DNA from: Candidatus Micrarchaeota archaeon
GTDB taxonomy: Archaea; Micrarchaeota; Micrarchaeia; Micrarchaeales; CABMGC01
Length of the DNA: 62,545 nt
NCBI GenBank assembly: GCA_021792235.1
Contig: JAJYVC010000002.1
Span: 1 to 62,545 of the forward strand
Reading direction: 5' to 3'
Of the stretch, positions 17,143-27,538 are shown one piece after another. The notes under the pieces were generated by a model. That model was given only the letters and a program-made list of their open reading frames with translations. It made no database searches and was not told the origin of the DNA. The position numbers and the translations under genes are program-made. Each line of letters opens with the position of its first letter. Within the stretch, counting starts at the first letter, position 1.

Positions 17143-18747
17143 CTATTCCTTGAACTCACTACGCATCTTCATTTGCCTGCGCTTCTTGTTGTATGTTATT
17201 GCAAAGTTGTGTGTTGCATCCCTAATCCGCCTTACCAGAAGCATCGCCCTGCTGTTTATGTCAAATCTCCTTGGAGTTTCTTCATCTGGCAGATATATCT
17301 CTTCGAACTTCTTGGCAAGGCCGATCACTGGAATAGTAAGGCCAAGTGAATCGAGAGAGTCCTTTGCAGATTTAAGCTGCTCGGCGCCACCGTCTATTAG
17401 TATCAGGTCAGGCATTCTGGCCTTCTCCTCAAGCAGCCGCTTGTATCTGCGGTATACGACTTCGCGCATGCTTGCAAAGTCGTTTGCCCTCTTCACTGTT
17501 CTCACCTTAAATTTCCTATAGCCGCTCTTGTCAGGTTTTGCATCGACAAAACGCACCATGCCTGAGACTATGTGCTCGTTTCCTATGTTCGATATATCGA
17601 AAGACTCTATCACAATAGGCAGACTTGGCAGATTAAGGGCTTCCTGAAGGTCCGCAAGGGCGCTGTCGTGTTCCATGTTCACCTCTATGTTCTTGGTTGC
17701 AAGGTCCACAAGCGCACGTTTGTCGCCCTTGATCGGGACGATAAGGCTTACTGGAGCTCCCCTTGACTTTGCAAAGAATTCCTCCAAGGCAATCTTTTCA
17801 GCTTCGTCCACCCAGCATTGCTGGCTGAGTATTATTTCGCGCGGGATGGTATTTGACGAGTAGAATGCCCTTAGAAATTCACTTTCAAAGTTTTCCTGAT
17901 TCTCAATCTCAAAATCCTTCTTGCCGAGAAGAACTCCGCGCCTTACCCCCATCTGCACGACTATTACGCGCTCGCCTATTTTCTTGAATGCAATTATGTC
18001 CTGGTCAAAGTCCCGCTCATGATCGACTATCTGTTTTGTAGCCAGAAGATTTATGCTGCTTAGCTGGTTCCTAAATTCAAGCGCCCTTTCATATCTTCCT
18101 TCCTTTGATGCCTGCTCCATGCGCTCTGTGAGCATCTTTATTGTCTGTTCGACGCCTCCCTTAAGGAAAGTTCTTGCATCATCGACTTGTGCTTTATACT
18201 CCTCTTGCGTAACCTTTCCTATGCACGGTGCCGTGCAGATCCCTATATGGTAATTAAGGCACGCCCTTCTTGGAAGCGTCTTACATGTCCTTATCTTGAA
18301 TATGCTGACTATGAGCCTTTGGAGCTCCCTTCTCTTCATCGCATCTGTGTACGGGCCGAATGACTCGAGGGACGGACCCGTCTTTCTAGATGCAAGAATC
18401 CTTGGGAACTTATCTCTTGTAAAGGCGATGTATGCGAAGGTCTTTGAATCCTTTAGATTGATGTTGTACCTTGGGGAGTGCTGCTTTATCAGCTTATTTT
18501 CAAGAAGGAGGGCCTCGACCTCACTACGCACCACTATCCAGTCTATCCTCCTTATCTTTGATACGAGCATTCTTGTCTTTATCGCGAGCCTGTCCGGACT
18601 TGAGAAATAATTTCCAACCCTATTGCGCAGGTTTTTTGCCTTGCCGCAGTAGATAATCACATCTTTATCGTCCTTGAATAGATAGACTCCGGGATTGGTC
18701 GGCACTTGCTTAGCATTGAAATCCGCGGCTTTTTTTATCTCCATCAT
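17143..18747 (-). CDS. uvrC: excinuclease ABC subunit C (short form, no C-terminal (HhH)2 domain apparent)
   Basis: GIY-YIG N-terminus GVYLFKDDKDVIIYCGKAKNLRNRV, a UVR-like region, and a C-terminal endonuclease domain. 534 aa. Confidence 0.85.
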   Translation of the reverse strand: MMEIKKAADFNAKQVPTNPGVYLFKDDKDVIIYCGKAKNLRNRVGNYFSSPDRLAIKTRMLVSKIRRIDWIVVRSEVEALLLENKLIKQHSPRYNINLKDSKTFAYIAFTRDKFPRILASRKTGPSLESFGPYTDAMKRRELQRLIVSIFKIRTCKTLPRRACLNYHIGICTAPCIGKVTQEEYKAQVDDARTFLKGGVEQTIKMLTERMEQASKEGRYERALEFRNQLSSINLLATKQIVDHERDFDQDIIAFKKIGERVIVVQMGVRRGVLLGKKDFEIENQENFESEFLRAFYSSNTIPREIILSQQCWVDEAEKIALEEFFAKSRGAPVSLIVPIKGDKRALVDLATKNIEVNMEHDSALADLQEALNLPSLPIVIESFDISNIGNEHIVSGMVRFVDAKPDKSGYRKFKVRTVKRANDFASMREVVYRRYKRLLEEKARMPDLILIDGGAEQLKSAKDSLDSLGLTIPVIGLAKKFEEIYLPDEETPRRFDINSRAMLLVRRIRDATHNFAITYNKKRRQMKMRSEFKE

Positions 18748-21605
18748 GCTTTTTGTGCCTCAAGAATTGATTTTAGAAATTGGCCGGTGTACGACCCTTT
18801 TACTTTGGCTATTTCCTCAGGTGCGCCGGTTGCAACTATCCTGCCGCCCTCGGTTCCGCCTTCAGGACCGAGATCTATTATGTAATCGCAGCTTTTTACA
18901 ACGTCAAGGTTATGCTCTATTACAAATACGCTGTTTCCCTTTGCAACCAGTTCGTTGAGAACCCCAATGAGTTTTTTTGTATCCTCAAAATGGAGGCCGG
19001 TGGTGGGCTCGTCGAGCAGGTAAACCACATGACCCTGCTTGTACTTGCTTAGTTCCCTTGAGATCTTGACCCTCTGGCTCTCGCCGCCTGATAGAGTTGT
19101 CGCGCTCTGCCCAAGCTTTACGTATCCGAGCCCCACTTCTACAAGAGTCCTAATCTTCCTTGCGATTGGAGGTATGTTCTGGAAGAATGTGTATGCCTCT
19201 TCAATCTCCATGTTGAGGACTTCTGATATGTTTTTGCCTTTGTAGAGTATTCTGAGGGTTTCCTTGTTGTACCTCTTGCCGTGGCATTCGCTGCACTCGA
19301 CATATACATCGGGCAAAAAGTTCATCTCTATCTTTAAGACCCCGTCCCCCTCGCAGGTCTCGCACCTGCCCCCTTTCACATTGAATGAGAACCTTCCCTC
19401 CTTGAATCCCTTAATCTGAGCATCCCTTGTCGATGCAAAGAGCTTTCTTATCTCATCGAATACTTTCGTATATGTGGCGGGATTGCTCCTTGGGGTCTTG
19501 CCTATTGGGTCCTGGCCTATGACTATCACATTTTCTACCATTTTTGGTACGGAGAAGTAGAAATGCTCCCCTATGTGGTCTACCTGCTCGCCGAACTTCC
19601 TTTTGAGAAGCGGCATTATCGTCTGGTTCATCAGAGTGCTTTTGCCAGAGCCTGACACCCCAGTTATGCCGCATAAGACCCCAAGTGGCAGCCTGGCATT
19701 TATCTCCTTGAGGTTGTTCTCCCTTGCACCCTTTATCTCCATGTACTCTACTGGCGTCCTTCTGCTTTTTGGGATTTCTATTTTTAGGTCGCCACATAGG
19801 TACCGGCCAGTGAGGCTATTTTTGTTTAACATTATCTCTTTTGGTGTTCCTTGCGCTGTTATGTGACCCCCGTGAACTCCTGCTCCTGGACCCATGTCGA
19901 GGATATAATCTGCGGCAAGTATGGTATCCAGATCGTGCTCGACAACCACCAGAGTATTTCCTATGTCCCGCAGTCCCTTCAATGTGCGTATGAGTTTTTC
20001 ATTGTCCCTTTGGTGGAGGCCAATGCTTGGTTCGTCAAGGATGTAAAGCACCCCCATTAGGTTACTTCCTATCTGTGTTGCGAGCCTGATCCTCTGCGCT
20101 TCGCCTCCGGATATAGTCTTTGCGCTCCTTGACAGGGAAAGATATCCGAGCCCGACATTCTTGAGGAAGCCCAGCCTCTCGTTTATCTCCTTGAGTACCT
20201 GCTTTGCGATGGCTAGCTCCTTTTCTGGCAGTTTTGATGATAGGCTGCCAAAGAATTCTACGGATTGATCTACGCTAAGATCCGTGGCGTCTATTATGCT
20301 CTTTCCCTCTATCTTGACTGCAAGCACGACCGGCTGGAGCTTCTTGCCCATGCACGTCTTGCATGGCTCCCCTTTCATGAACTTTTCTATCTCCTCCTTT
20401 CTCCATTCGCTCTTCGTCTCCCTATAAAGCCGCATTGTCTGTGGTATCACTCCCTCAAAACCGCTTCCGCTGTGGTTATGCCATCTGCCCTTGGGTTCCT
20501 GGGGCTCTCTATCGCCGTAAAGCAGTACGTCGAGCTGCTTCTTTGTAAACTTTTCTATTGGCATCCAGACGTCAAATCCATGCCTCTTTCCTGCTTCGGC
20601 TATCTGCTGCGCCCTCCATGCAAGGTCCATCTTTCCGTATATCTCAATTGCGCCCTCCATCACGTTCTTGGATCTGTCAGGTATCAGAAGGTCGGTTGAG
20701 ATCTCTGTTATTTCTCCAAGACCATGGCACGCCGGGCACGCTCCGAACGGGCTGTTGAAAGAGAACATCCTTGGCTCAAGGCTCTCGAATACTATCTCGG
20801 GATGGTTTGGGCATGCACCAAAGGTGCTGTATGAGGTCTCGTCAGTGAATCTGTCAAGCTCCTTCTTCTTATCATTTGGACGCCTGTTGCTTATCACTAT
20901 CATCTTTCCTTTTCCCACAAGCAGTGCCTGCTCTACGGCTTCTGAGATCCTCGACCTTTCCTCGTCGTCTATCTTTATCGTGTCTATTACCGCCTCTATC
21001 CAATGCTTTTCATACCTTGCAAGCTTCACCTCCTGCTTGACGGTGTCAGAAGAATAGATATTCTGGTCGATCCTTATCTTTGAGAAGCCCTGTTTTTTTA
21101 GGTCGTCTATTACTTGGTCGTGGGTCCCTTTCTGGCCCCTAAGTATCGGAGCAAGAAAGACCAGGGTCTGGCCCTTTGACGCGAGGATGAGGCTTGTGAT
21201 GTTCTCTGCGCTTTGAGGCCTTATGGAGCTGTTGCATTTTGGGCAATGGTGAGTGCCGATTCTTGCATAGAGAAGCCTCAGGTAATCGTAGATTTCGGTG
21301 ACCGTCCCAACAGTGGATCTGGGATTCTTGTTGGTTGTCTTCTGCTCTATGCTTATTGCAGGGGAAAGCCCGTCTATGCTGTCCACATCGGGCTTGCTCA
21401 TGAGCCCTATGAACTGCCTGGCGTATGCTGATAGGCTCTCCACATACCTTCTCTGTCCCTCAGCATATATTGTATCGAAAGCAAGAGTCGACTTACCCGA
21501 CCCCGAAAGGCCGGTTATTACTATGAGCTTGTTCCTTGGGAGCTCAACATCTATGTTTTTCAGGTTGTGCTCCCGGGCCCCCTTTACAAGGATATTTTCC
21601 CTCAT
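18744..21605 (-). CDS. uvrA: excinuclease ABC subunit A
   Basis: 953 aa. [34 protein letters not shown], a second Walker [16 protein letters not shown] signatures, and Zn modules CPKC...CPAC and CETCEGDG...CSECHG. Confidence 0.95.
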   Translation of the reverse strand: MRENILVKGAREHNLKNIDVELPRNKLIVITGLSGSGKSTLAFDTIYAEGQRRYVESLSAYARQFIGLMSKPDVDSIDGLSPAISIEQKTTNKNPRSTVGTVTEIYDYLRLLYARIGTHHCPKCNSSIRPQSAENITSLILASKGQTLVFLAPILRGQKGTHDQVIDDLKKQGFSKIRIDQNIYSSDTVKQEVKLARYEKHWIEAVIDTIKIDDEERSRISEAVEQALLVGKGKMIVISNRRPNDKKKELDRFTDETSYSTFGACPNHPEIVFESLEPRMFSFNSPFGACPACHGLGEITEISTDLLIPDRSKNVMEGAIEIYGKMDLAWRAQQIAEAGKRHGFDVWMPIEKFTKKQLDVLLYGDREPQEPKGRWHNHSGSGFEGVIPQTMRLYRETKSEWRKEEIEKFMKGEPCKTCMGKKLQPVVLAVKIEGKSIIDATDLSVDQSVEFFGSLSSKLPEKELAIAKQVLKEINERLGFLKNVGLGYLSLSRSAKTISGGEAQRIRLATQIGSNLMGVLYILDEPSIGLHQRDNEKLIRTLKGLRDIGNTLVVVEHDLDTILAADYILDMGPGAGVHGGHITAQGTPKEIMLNKNSLTGRYLCGDLKIEIPKSRRTPVEYMEIKGARENNLKEINARLPLGVLCGITGVSGSGKSTLMNQTIMPLLKRKFGEQVDHIGEHFYFSVPKMVENVIVIGQDPIGKTPRSNPATYTKVFDEIRKLFASTRDAQIKGFKEGRFSFNVKGGRCETCEGDGVLKIEMNFLPDVYVECSECHGKRYNKETLRILYKGKNISEVLNMEIEEAYTFFQNIPPIARKIRTLVEVGLGYVKLGQSATTLSGGESQRVKISRELSKYKQGHVVYLLDEPTTGLHFEDTKKLIGVLNELVAKGNSVFVIEHNLDVVKSCDYIIDLGPEGGTEGGRIVATGAPEEIAKVKGSYTGQFLKSILEAQKA

Positions 21606-23536
21606 TTTACCTGCCTCGACACCTGCCTTTTCATATCCTCTATTCTATCGCGCATCTCTATGGCTTTTTCAAACTCCAGGTTTTCCGCAAAGCTCTTCAT
21701 CTGCGCATCCATCTTTGCCAGTTCTTTTTGTATGTCTGATTTTCCAAGGTGCTTGATTCCTTTCATATTGCTCTTCTTCTCATCTATCTTCTTGACTATG
21801 GTCTTCGGAGTTATGTTGTACTTCTTGTTGTACTTGATCTGCTCAAGCCTTCTTTGCTGCGTTACGTGGATTGCCTCTTTCATCGAATCTGTCATCATGT
21901 CGGCAAAAAGCACCACCCTTCCATTGGCATTCCTTGCGGCCCTGCCTATGGTCTGTATCAGGCTCCTTGCATCACGCAGAAACCCTTCCTTGTCTGCATC
22001 GAGTATGAATATGGTACCTACCTCAGGTATGTCGAGCCCTTCCCGCAGGAGATTTATTCCGACGAGTATGTCGAACTCCTTCGCGCGCAACTGGCGTATT
22101 AATTCTATCCTCTCAAGGCTCTCTATTTCACTGTGAAGGTACCTGACCTTGAAGCCTTCCTTTGCAAGGTAATCTGTAAGGTCTTCGGCGGATCTTTTTG
22201 TGAGCGTTGTTATCAGCACCCTGTTGTTCATGGCTATTGTAGCTTTGGACTGCTCCATTAGATATTTCATCTGACCCTCCATCTTCCTCACCTCTACAAT
22301 GGGGTCGAGTAGGCCGGTCGGCCTGGTTATCAGGTCCACCTTCCTGCCGCTTTTGCCAAGCTCGTACTGCGCAGGAGTTGCGGATACGAAAAGGGTCATG
22401 CCCATCTTTGCCTCAAACTCCTCGAACTTTAACGGCCTGTTGTCAAAGGCACTTGGAAGCCTGAATCCGAAATCGACCAGATTCTTCTTGCGCATGAAAT
22501 CCCCGTTGTACATGGCTCTTGACTGCGGTATTGTCTGGTGGCTTTCATCGATTATCATAAGGAAATCCTTTGGGAAATAATCTATGAGCACATGAGGCGG
22601 CTGGCCTGGTGCCCTTCCGTCAAAATGCCTGCTGTAGTTCTCTATGCCGCTAGTGTATCCCATCTCTCTTATCATCTCCAGATCGTATTTTACCCTTTTC
22701 TCGAGCCTTTGCGCCTCAAGCGGATTTAGTTTTAGCAGCTGCTGAGCGAGCTCTTCCTTTATGGACTCGATTGCTGCCTGCTGCTTCTCTGGCGGAATTA
22801 CGAACTGCCTTGCAGGATAGATGACTATGTCGTCTATCTTCACCACCATGTCCCCTGTGACAGAGTCAATTTCCTTTATGCTTCCTATCCTGTCACCATC
22901 CAGCTCTATTCTGATTATGTTGTTTTCGTATGCAGGGATGACATCTATCGTATCGCCGCGCACCCTGAATCTGCCTGGTTCAAGATTCTGGTCGTTGCGC
23001 AGGTACTGTATTTCAACAAGTGAGCCAAGCAAACCCTTCCTTGAGATGTTCGCGTTCTTGCTAAGATGCACAGACATCTTCAGGAAGTCGTCAGGATTCC
23101 CAATGCCATATATGCAGCTGATGCTTGCAACGACTATTGTGTCTTTCCTGCTTACAAGACTTGATACCGCATGAAGCCTCATCTTCTCTATCTGCTCATT
23201 GACTGAAGAGTCCTTCTCTATGTACGTATCCGTGGTTGGAATATAGGATTCCGGCTGGTAGTAATCGTAGTAGGAGACAAAGTACTCTACGCGGTTGTCA
23301 GGGAAGAGCTCGCTCAGTTCAGTGTAGAGCTGGGCCGCAAGGGTCTTGTTGTGGGCTATTATCAGGGTAGGTTTTTGGAGCCGCTCTATAACGTTTGCCA
23401 TTACGAAGGTCTTGCCGCTTCCGGTTATGCCCAGAAGCGTCTCTTTTTGGAACTGTGAAAAACCAGATACAATCTCGTCTATGGATTGCTTCTGCCCCGG
23501 CGAGGTCTTGTAAGAGGATTTAAGGATGAATTTCAT
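21602..23536 (-). CDS. uvrB: excinuclease ABC subunit B
   Basis: [20 protein letters not shown] box (IIDESHQT), helicase motif [11 protein letters not shown], and a C-terminal UVR domain ([12 protein letters not shown]). There are 4-nt start/stop overlaps with uvrA, and between uvrA and uvrC. Confidence 0.95.
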   Translation of the reverse strand: MKFILKSSYKTSPGQKQSIDEIVSGFSQFQKETLLGITGSGKTFVMANVIERLQKPTLIIAHNKTLAAQLYTELSELFPDNRVEYFVSYYDYYQPESYIPTTDTYIEKDSSVNEQIEKMRLHAVSSLVSRKDTIVVASISCIYGIGNPDDFLKMSVHLSKNANISRKGLLGSLVEIQYLRNDQNLEPGRFRVRGDTIDVIPAYENNIIRIELDGDRIGSIKEIDSVTGDMVVKIDDIVIYPARQFVIPPEKQQAAIESIKEELAQQLLKLNPLEAQRLEKRVKYDLEMIREMGYTSGIENYSRHFDGRAPGQPPHVLIDYFPKDFLMIIDESHQTIPQSRAMYNGDFMRKKNLVDFGFRLPSAFDNRPLKFEEFEAKMGMTLFVSATPAQYELGKSGRKVDLITRPTGLLDPIVEVRKMEGQMKYLMEQSKATIAMNNRVLITTLTKRSAEDLTDYLAKEGFKVRYLHSEIESLERIELIRQLRAKEFDILVGINLLREGLDIPEVGTIFILDADKEGFLRDARSLIQTIGRAARNANGRVVLFADMMTDSMKEAIHVTQQRRLEQIKYNKKYNITPKTIVKKIDEKKSNMKGIKHLGKSDIQKELAKMDAQMKSFAENLEFEKAIEMRDRIEDMKRQVSRQVK

Positions 23537-23711
23537 TGGCTATCATCGGTTTTTCTCTATCTGGCTTTTGAGGTTTTATAACACAATACCATGTTCCCAT
23601 GGGCCCGACACTATCGATTGGGAGATATGTGGCTTGGATATTGAATGGGCTTATCACTACAAAAACAATATATAAATATTTATGCACTGTTAAGTCATAA
23701 AACTGGTCTGC

Positions 23712-23978
23712 ATGGCGAGCAAAAAATCTTCTAAGACTAAATCATCTAAGAAACTGGACATGTTCAATAGGACACAGGAAATATATAAGCTTTTAGAGAA
23801 GGGGATCATAGAGAGCGAGGCACTCATGGGCACGGCGGCGGATAGGCCTGAAGATGATGCTCATGTTCTTGATCTTCTTGAAAGCACAGGCGCCCAGGTT
23901 CCTAATGCCGCACGCGTAGCGAAGAAGGCTTCAGGCAAAAATGACAAGCCATCTGCAAAGAGAGCAAGGAAGAGTTAA
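23712..23978 (+). CDS. hypothetical small protein with Lys/Ser-rich termini
   Basis: 88-aa ORF preceded by an AT-rich TATA-like sequence (AATATATAAATATTT). No family recognised. Confidence 0.4.
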   Translation: MASKKSSKTKSSKKLDMFNRTQEIYKLLEKGIIESEALMGTAADRPEDDAHVLDLLESTGAQVPNAARVAKKASGKNDKPSAKRARKS

Positions 23979-25196
23979 TCACTCCCCCTTTGCTTTTCCT
24001 ATGGAGAGCCTTACGCCACCTTGTCCCCTTGTAATTGTTATGTCAAGGTTCTCGCTGCCGAACATGCGCCTGAGCTCGTCATACGTGTATGAACCTATAG
24101 AGGTCTTGTCCCTTCCCTTCAGAATCTCGCTTCTCTTCTCCCTAAGGTAGTCCTTCTCTATCGGTATGTATGAGAGGTCGAGCTTTGGTGCTTCTGCACC
24201 GTACAGGTCATCTATACCAAGCTCTATGGGCTTGTAGCCCTCGCTCTGGTAGATGAACTGCAGCACTGCGGCAAGCTCGGACTTCGTCTCTGGGATTATA
24301 TTCTCCAGCTTTTTCTGACTGCCTCCGATGACGAAATCATCACCGTCAAGGAATCCGACGAACACGTCAGAACCTTTCTCCTTGACCTTGTCCTGCAACA
24401 GCTGGGATACTAACCTGAGTATGGTTATCGCTGATTCTGTACCGAACCTCTGCGCGAATTCCGCAAGACCTTCCACGCGCATCCTGCCCAGCTCGTAATT
24501 ACTGTCGGTGCTCTTCACCGCCTTCTCCACGGCATCAGATATCTTAGCTTCATTAGGTAGATCCACAAGCGGGTCGAACTTCTTCCCCTTCTTCTTCAAG
24601 AATATTGTAACAAGGCTCCTGAGCTCTACTGGATCGAATGGCTTCTTTATGTAATAATCGGCGCCGTACTTTATGCCCTTGAACCTGTTTGAAGTTGCGT
24701 CCATCGCACTTACTATTATTACTATCGTATCGCTCAGGCTAGGGGTCTTCTTTATCGTCTGGCATATGTCAAGGCCATCCATGCCAGGAAGCATGAGGTC
24801 GAGTATGACGAGGTCGGGCTTCTCGTACTTTATCTTGTCGAGGGCCTCCTTGCCGTCGTATATCTGCGTTATGTCGAAACCCTTGCCTACACTCAATGAC
24901 ATGAGCTTGCTTATGTTCTTGTCATCCTCCACTATCACTATCCTTCTCAGAACAGGCTCACTCTGGAGCACATAGTATGTGAGTATGCCTCCGCTGCTTC
25001 TCGAAGCTATAGTGTTGGCATCCTCCAGTTCCTTGAGGCTCTTCTTGAGCACATCCTCCCCCACATTGAGCGAGGACGCGAAGCTCTTCAGCTCGCTGTA
25101 GGTGACCTCCTGCCTGTCATTTATCATTGAAACTATGTCCGGCTTTATGTCAGTGCTAAGGGAGTCCATGTGATCGCCAATATTAATGGCCAACAA
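23979..25196 (-). CDS. response-regulator protein: N-terminal winged-helix-like region + CheY-like receiver + degenerate GGDEF-like domain
   Basis: REC motifs: RRIVIVEDD...PDLVILDLMLPGMDG...IIVSA...KKPF. GGDEF-like motifs: DPLVDLPNE (compare DxLTxLPNR), LGRMRVEGLAEFAQRFG (compare DiDhFKxiNDxxG), and GFLDGDDFVI with the DGDDF motif at 24333-24347 (compare GGDEF). Confidence 0.7.
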   Translation of the reverse strand: MLAINIGDHMDSLSTDIKPDIVSMINDRQEVTYSELKSFASSLNVGEDVLKKSLKELEDANTIASRSSGGILTYYVLQSEPVLRRIVIVEDDKNISKLMSLSVGKGFDITQIYDGKEALDKIKYEKPDLVILDLMLPGMDGLDICQTIKKTPSLSDTIVIIVSAMDATSNRFKGIKYGADYYIKKPFDPVELRSLVTIFLKKKGKKFDPLVDLPNEAKISDAVEKAVKSTDSNYELGRMRVEGLAEFAQRFGTESAITILRLVSQLLQDKVKEKGSDVFVGFLDGDDFVIGGSQKKLENIIPETKSELAAVLQFIYQSEGYKPIELGIDDLYGAEAPKLDLSYIPIEKDYLREKRSEILKGRDKTSIGSYTYDELRRMFGSENLDITITRGQGGVRLSIGKAKGE

Positions 25197-25257
25197 AGAA
25201 ATAAATAAGTTCTTTCAGTAGCGTGGAGATGCGCACTTGGGGGTTTGCAGATGCTGC

Positions 25258-25563
25258 CTAGGCGACATCTATGCTGTCATCCGGATATCCAAGGCCCAGA
25301 AGCGCCTTCTTCACCGCGTCCTTGTGCTCTCCTTGAAGCTCTATCGTACCATTCTTGTACGTGCCGCCACACGCAAGCTGCCGCTTGAGCTCCTTTGCGG
25401 TCTTCTCTAGCTCCTCACCAGAGAGCCCTGAAACTACGGTCATGTACTTCCTGAACTTCTTCTTCTCAAGATACACCTTTATCTTTCTGTTGGTCTCCCT
25501 GTCAAGTATATCGCATACGCATATCTCTTTGGGCAGACCGCACTTTGGGCATATCTCAGGCAT
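25258..25563 (-). CDS. translation initiation factor aIF1/SUI1
   Basis: MPEICPKCGLPKEICVC zinc knuckle, followed by a SUI1 fold (KIKVYLEKKKFRKYMTVVSGL...LACGGT). Confidence 0.9.
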   Translation of the reverse strand: MPEICPKCGLPKEICVCDILDRETNRKIKVYLEKKKFRKYMTVVSGLSGEELEKTAKELKRQLACGGTYKNGTIELQGEHKDAVKKALLGLGYPDDSIDVA

Positions 25564-25769
25564 TAGCTCTTTGCACCCCTCTCTTTAAGCAGCGTAAGAA
25601 TCCTTGCAGCAGTCCTCCTCATCTCCCTTATCTTTATCTTCTTGCTTGCGACTCCTGTAGAGGCTATGTTCCTCTTCTCTATCCCCATCTCAAGCCTGAG
25701 GTCCTTTAGTCTTCCATTGAGGGCATCTGTTGACAGCGCCCTGAGGTCGTTTATCTTCATCTTGATCAA
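25563..25769 (-). CDS. rpl29: 50S ribosomal protein uL29
   Basis: 68 aa, INDLRALSTDALNGRLKDLRLEM. Its position after uS3 is as expected. Confidence 0.85.
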   Translation of the reverse strand: MIKMKINDLRALSTDALNGRLKDLRLEMGIEKRNIASTGVASKKIKIREMRRTAARILTLLKERGAKS

Positions 25770-25828
25770 TGATTTGGTTTAATTCACAATCATATAAATT
25801 GCTTTCTGAGGCCTTCGTTTTCCAGCGC

Positions 25829-26461
25829 TCATTTCTGGTCTGTCGCAAAGCTCTTTGGTAGCTCAACCTTTGAAACGGCCTTGGTAGATGGGAATTTGGT
25901 TCCTGGTTGTGCTATCCTCACCTTTATGCCTATCGCGCCGTACTTCGGATATGATGCGACGTTTGCAGCGTCTATGAGAGTAGTTACATGCCCTGCCTTT
26001 GGCAGGTATCCTAGCCTGATCTTTATCTGCTTGGCCTTGGCTCCTTTGGCTGCCAGCTTTCCGGTTGCTATTATCTCTGCGCCAAGGGCACCGTTGCTCA
26101 TTATCTCCCTTATCGTGGAATGCAGGAGCCTCCTGGCATTTACCCCACGCTCCAGTGAGTTGGCAATATACTTTGCCACGAGTCTTGGCTCAAGCTTCTC
26201 GTTTTGGACTTCGGCTACACTTATCTGCGGATTGTCTATGTTGAACTTCTTTTTTATTCCCTCGGTAAGGCTGTTTATCGTCTCTCCCCCTCTCCCTATA
26301 ACCTTGCCAGGATTGGTCACATAGACGGTTATCCTGGTTATCACAGGGGTCTTCTGTATGTCCACCCTTGAGAACCCCGCCCTTGACAGTTTCTTCTGCA
26401 GGAACTTGGTTATGTTATTCTTTATCATCAAGTCGTCTATGAATTTTCTCTCTATTACCAT
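25829..26461 (-). CDS. rps3: 30S ribosomal protein uS3
   Basis: KH domain GKVIGRGGETINSL. Operon position between uL22 and uL29. Confidence 0.9.
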   Translation of the reverse strand: MVIERKFIDDLMIKNNITKFLQKKLSRAGFSRVDIQKTPVITRITVYVTNPGKVIGRGGETINSLTEGIKKKFNIDNPQISVAEVQNEKLEPRLVAKYIANSLERGVNARRLLHSTIREIMSNGALGAEIIATGKLAAKGAKAKQIKIRLGYLPKAGHVTTLIDAANVASYPKYGAIGIKVRIAQPGTKFPSTKAVSKVELPKSFATDQK

Positions 26462-26465
26462 GATA

Positions 26466-27146
26466 TCACGATTTCTTGGCTACCTCCACTTCCTCCTTTT
26501 TGGCTGGTTCTGGCTCTGGTTGTTTTGGCTTTTGCTTCTCTGCCTGAGCGGCCTGCTTTGGCTGCTGCTTCGCAGGTGCCTTCTTCTGAGCCGTTTTCTG
26601 CGCGAGCTTCTGCACCGGCTTGTTCTTCCTCTTTATGAAATATTTCATGTTCTTTGTAAGCTTGCCTGATCCTTCCTCTGCAAGAACTATCTCTATCTTG
26701 GCATACTCTATGTCGCTGTGGTTTGTTGCTGACATGCCGTACATCCCCCTGCCCCACGCTATGCTTCCTTTGGAAGGATATCTCCTCTCTATCCTTGTCT
26801 TGTTAGCCGATGCGCTGACTACGAACATCGAGTCCGCATCCTTGCCCTTGTTGCCTGCATTAGCAATAGCATTCACAAGCGTCTTGAGAACTTCGCTTGC
26901 AGCCTTCTCAGGATAGCCGCCCTTCCTTCCTCCCAGCTCGTGCCTCGAACCCATGTGCCTGTTATGCCTCCGATAATGCACTGGGCTCTCCTTCTCTGCA
27001 AACTGCTCAAGGGCTGCAACAGCGTCTGATGCGCGCAAGTGCCTTATGGCGTCGCATACAGCACCAAGGTCCTTGTAGCTTGCATTGACGTCGTAGCTCT
27101 GCGCCTTCACGAATTCGTCTCCCTTTATGTTGAATGAGTAATTCAT
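26466..27146 (-). CDS. rpl22: 50S ribosomal protein uL22 with a ~70-aa Lys/Gln/Pro/Ala-rich C-terminal extension
   Basis: Start taken at MNYSFNIKGDEFVKAQSYDV, with the ATG overlapping the uS19 stop (TGATG). The core is HRRHNRHMGSR...; the tail is KNKPVQKLAQKTAQKKAPAKQQPKQAAQAEKQKPKQPEPEPAKKEEVEVAKKS. Confidence 0.85.
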   Translation of the reverse strand: MNYSFNIKGDEFVKAQSYDVNASYKDLGAVCDAIRHLRASDAVAALEQFAEKESPVHYRRHNRHMGSRHELGGRKGGYPEKAASEVLKTLVNAIANAGNKGKDADSMFVVSASANKTRIERRYPSKGSIAWGRGMYGMSATNHSDIEYAKIEIVLAEEGSGKLTKNMKYFIKRKNKPVQKLAQKTAQKKAPAKQQPKQAAQAEKQKPKQPEPEPAKKEEVEVAKKS

Positions 27147-27538
27147 CACTTCACCGCCAAGAACTTGCTTCCCCTCGTTGCCCTTATTCCAGGAGCAGAG
27201 TGCACCACGTGCTTTATCGGATATGCGAACTCGCCCAGTCTGTGCCCTATCATCTCCGGGCCTATGTTGAGCTCCTGGAATGACTTGCCATCGTAAACCG
27301 CGAACTTGAGCCCGACCCATGATGGCAGTATGACTGCCTCGCGAGTATGCGTCCTTACAGTCTTGCCTGTCTTCTTCGCGGCCTCTGCCTTCTTGAGTAT
27401 GTCTTTGTAGCTTGCGCTCGACCTGAGAACAGAGCGCCTCGACCTTGACTTGAGCAGCTTTACGACCTCCTCAAGCTTCATTGCCTGAAGCTCCTCGATA
27501 GTCTTACCTTTGTAAGTGAATATTCTTGCCATGATCAA
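27146..27538 (-). CDS. rps19: 30S ribosomal protein uS19
   Basis: HTREAVILPSWVGLKFAVYDGKSF...GHRLGEF. Confidence 0.9.
   Translation of the reverse strand: MIMARIFTYKGKTIEELQAMKLEEVVKLLKSRSRRSVLRSSASYKDILKKAEAAKKTGKTVRTHTREAVILPSWVGLKFAVYDGKSFQELNIGPEMIGHRLGEFAYPIKHVVHSAPGIRATRGSKFLAVK

Noticed and set aside
24207-24578. Interpreting the GGDEF-like domain as an active diguanylate cyclase.
   Set aside because: The signature is DGDDF instead of GG(D/E)EF, and the upstream Asp/Asn metal- and substrate-binding positions are substituted (RMRVEGLAEFAQRFG). Only a degenerate, non-catalytic role is supportable.
26466-27320. 284-aa version of the uL22 ORF, extending 58 codons upstream.
   Set aside because: The extension overlaps the uS19 coding sequence in another frame and reads as an Arg/Gly-rich artefact. 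The conserved uL22 N-terminus begins at the ATG at 27146, which is coupled to the uS19 stop.
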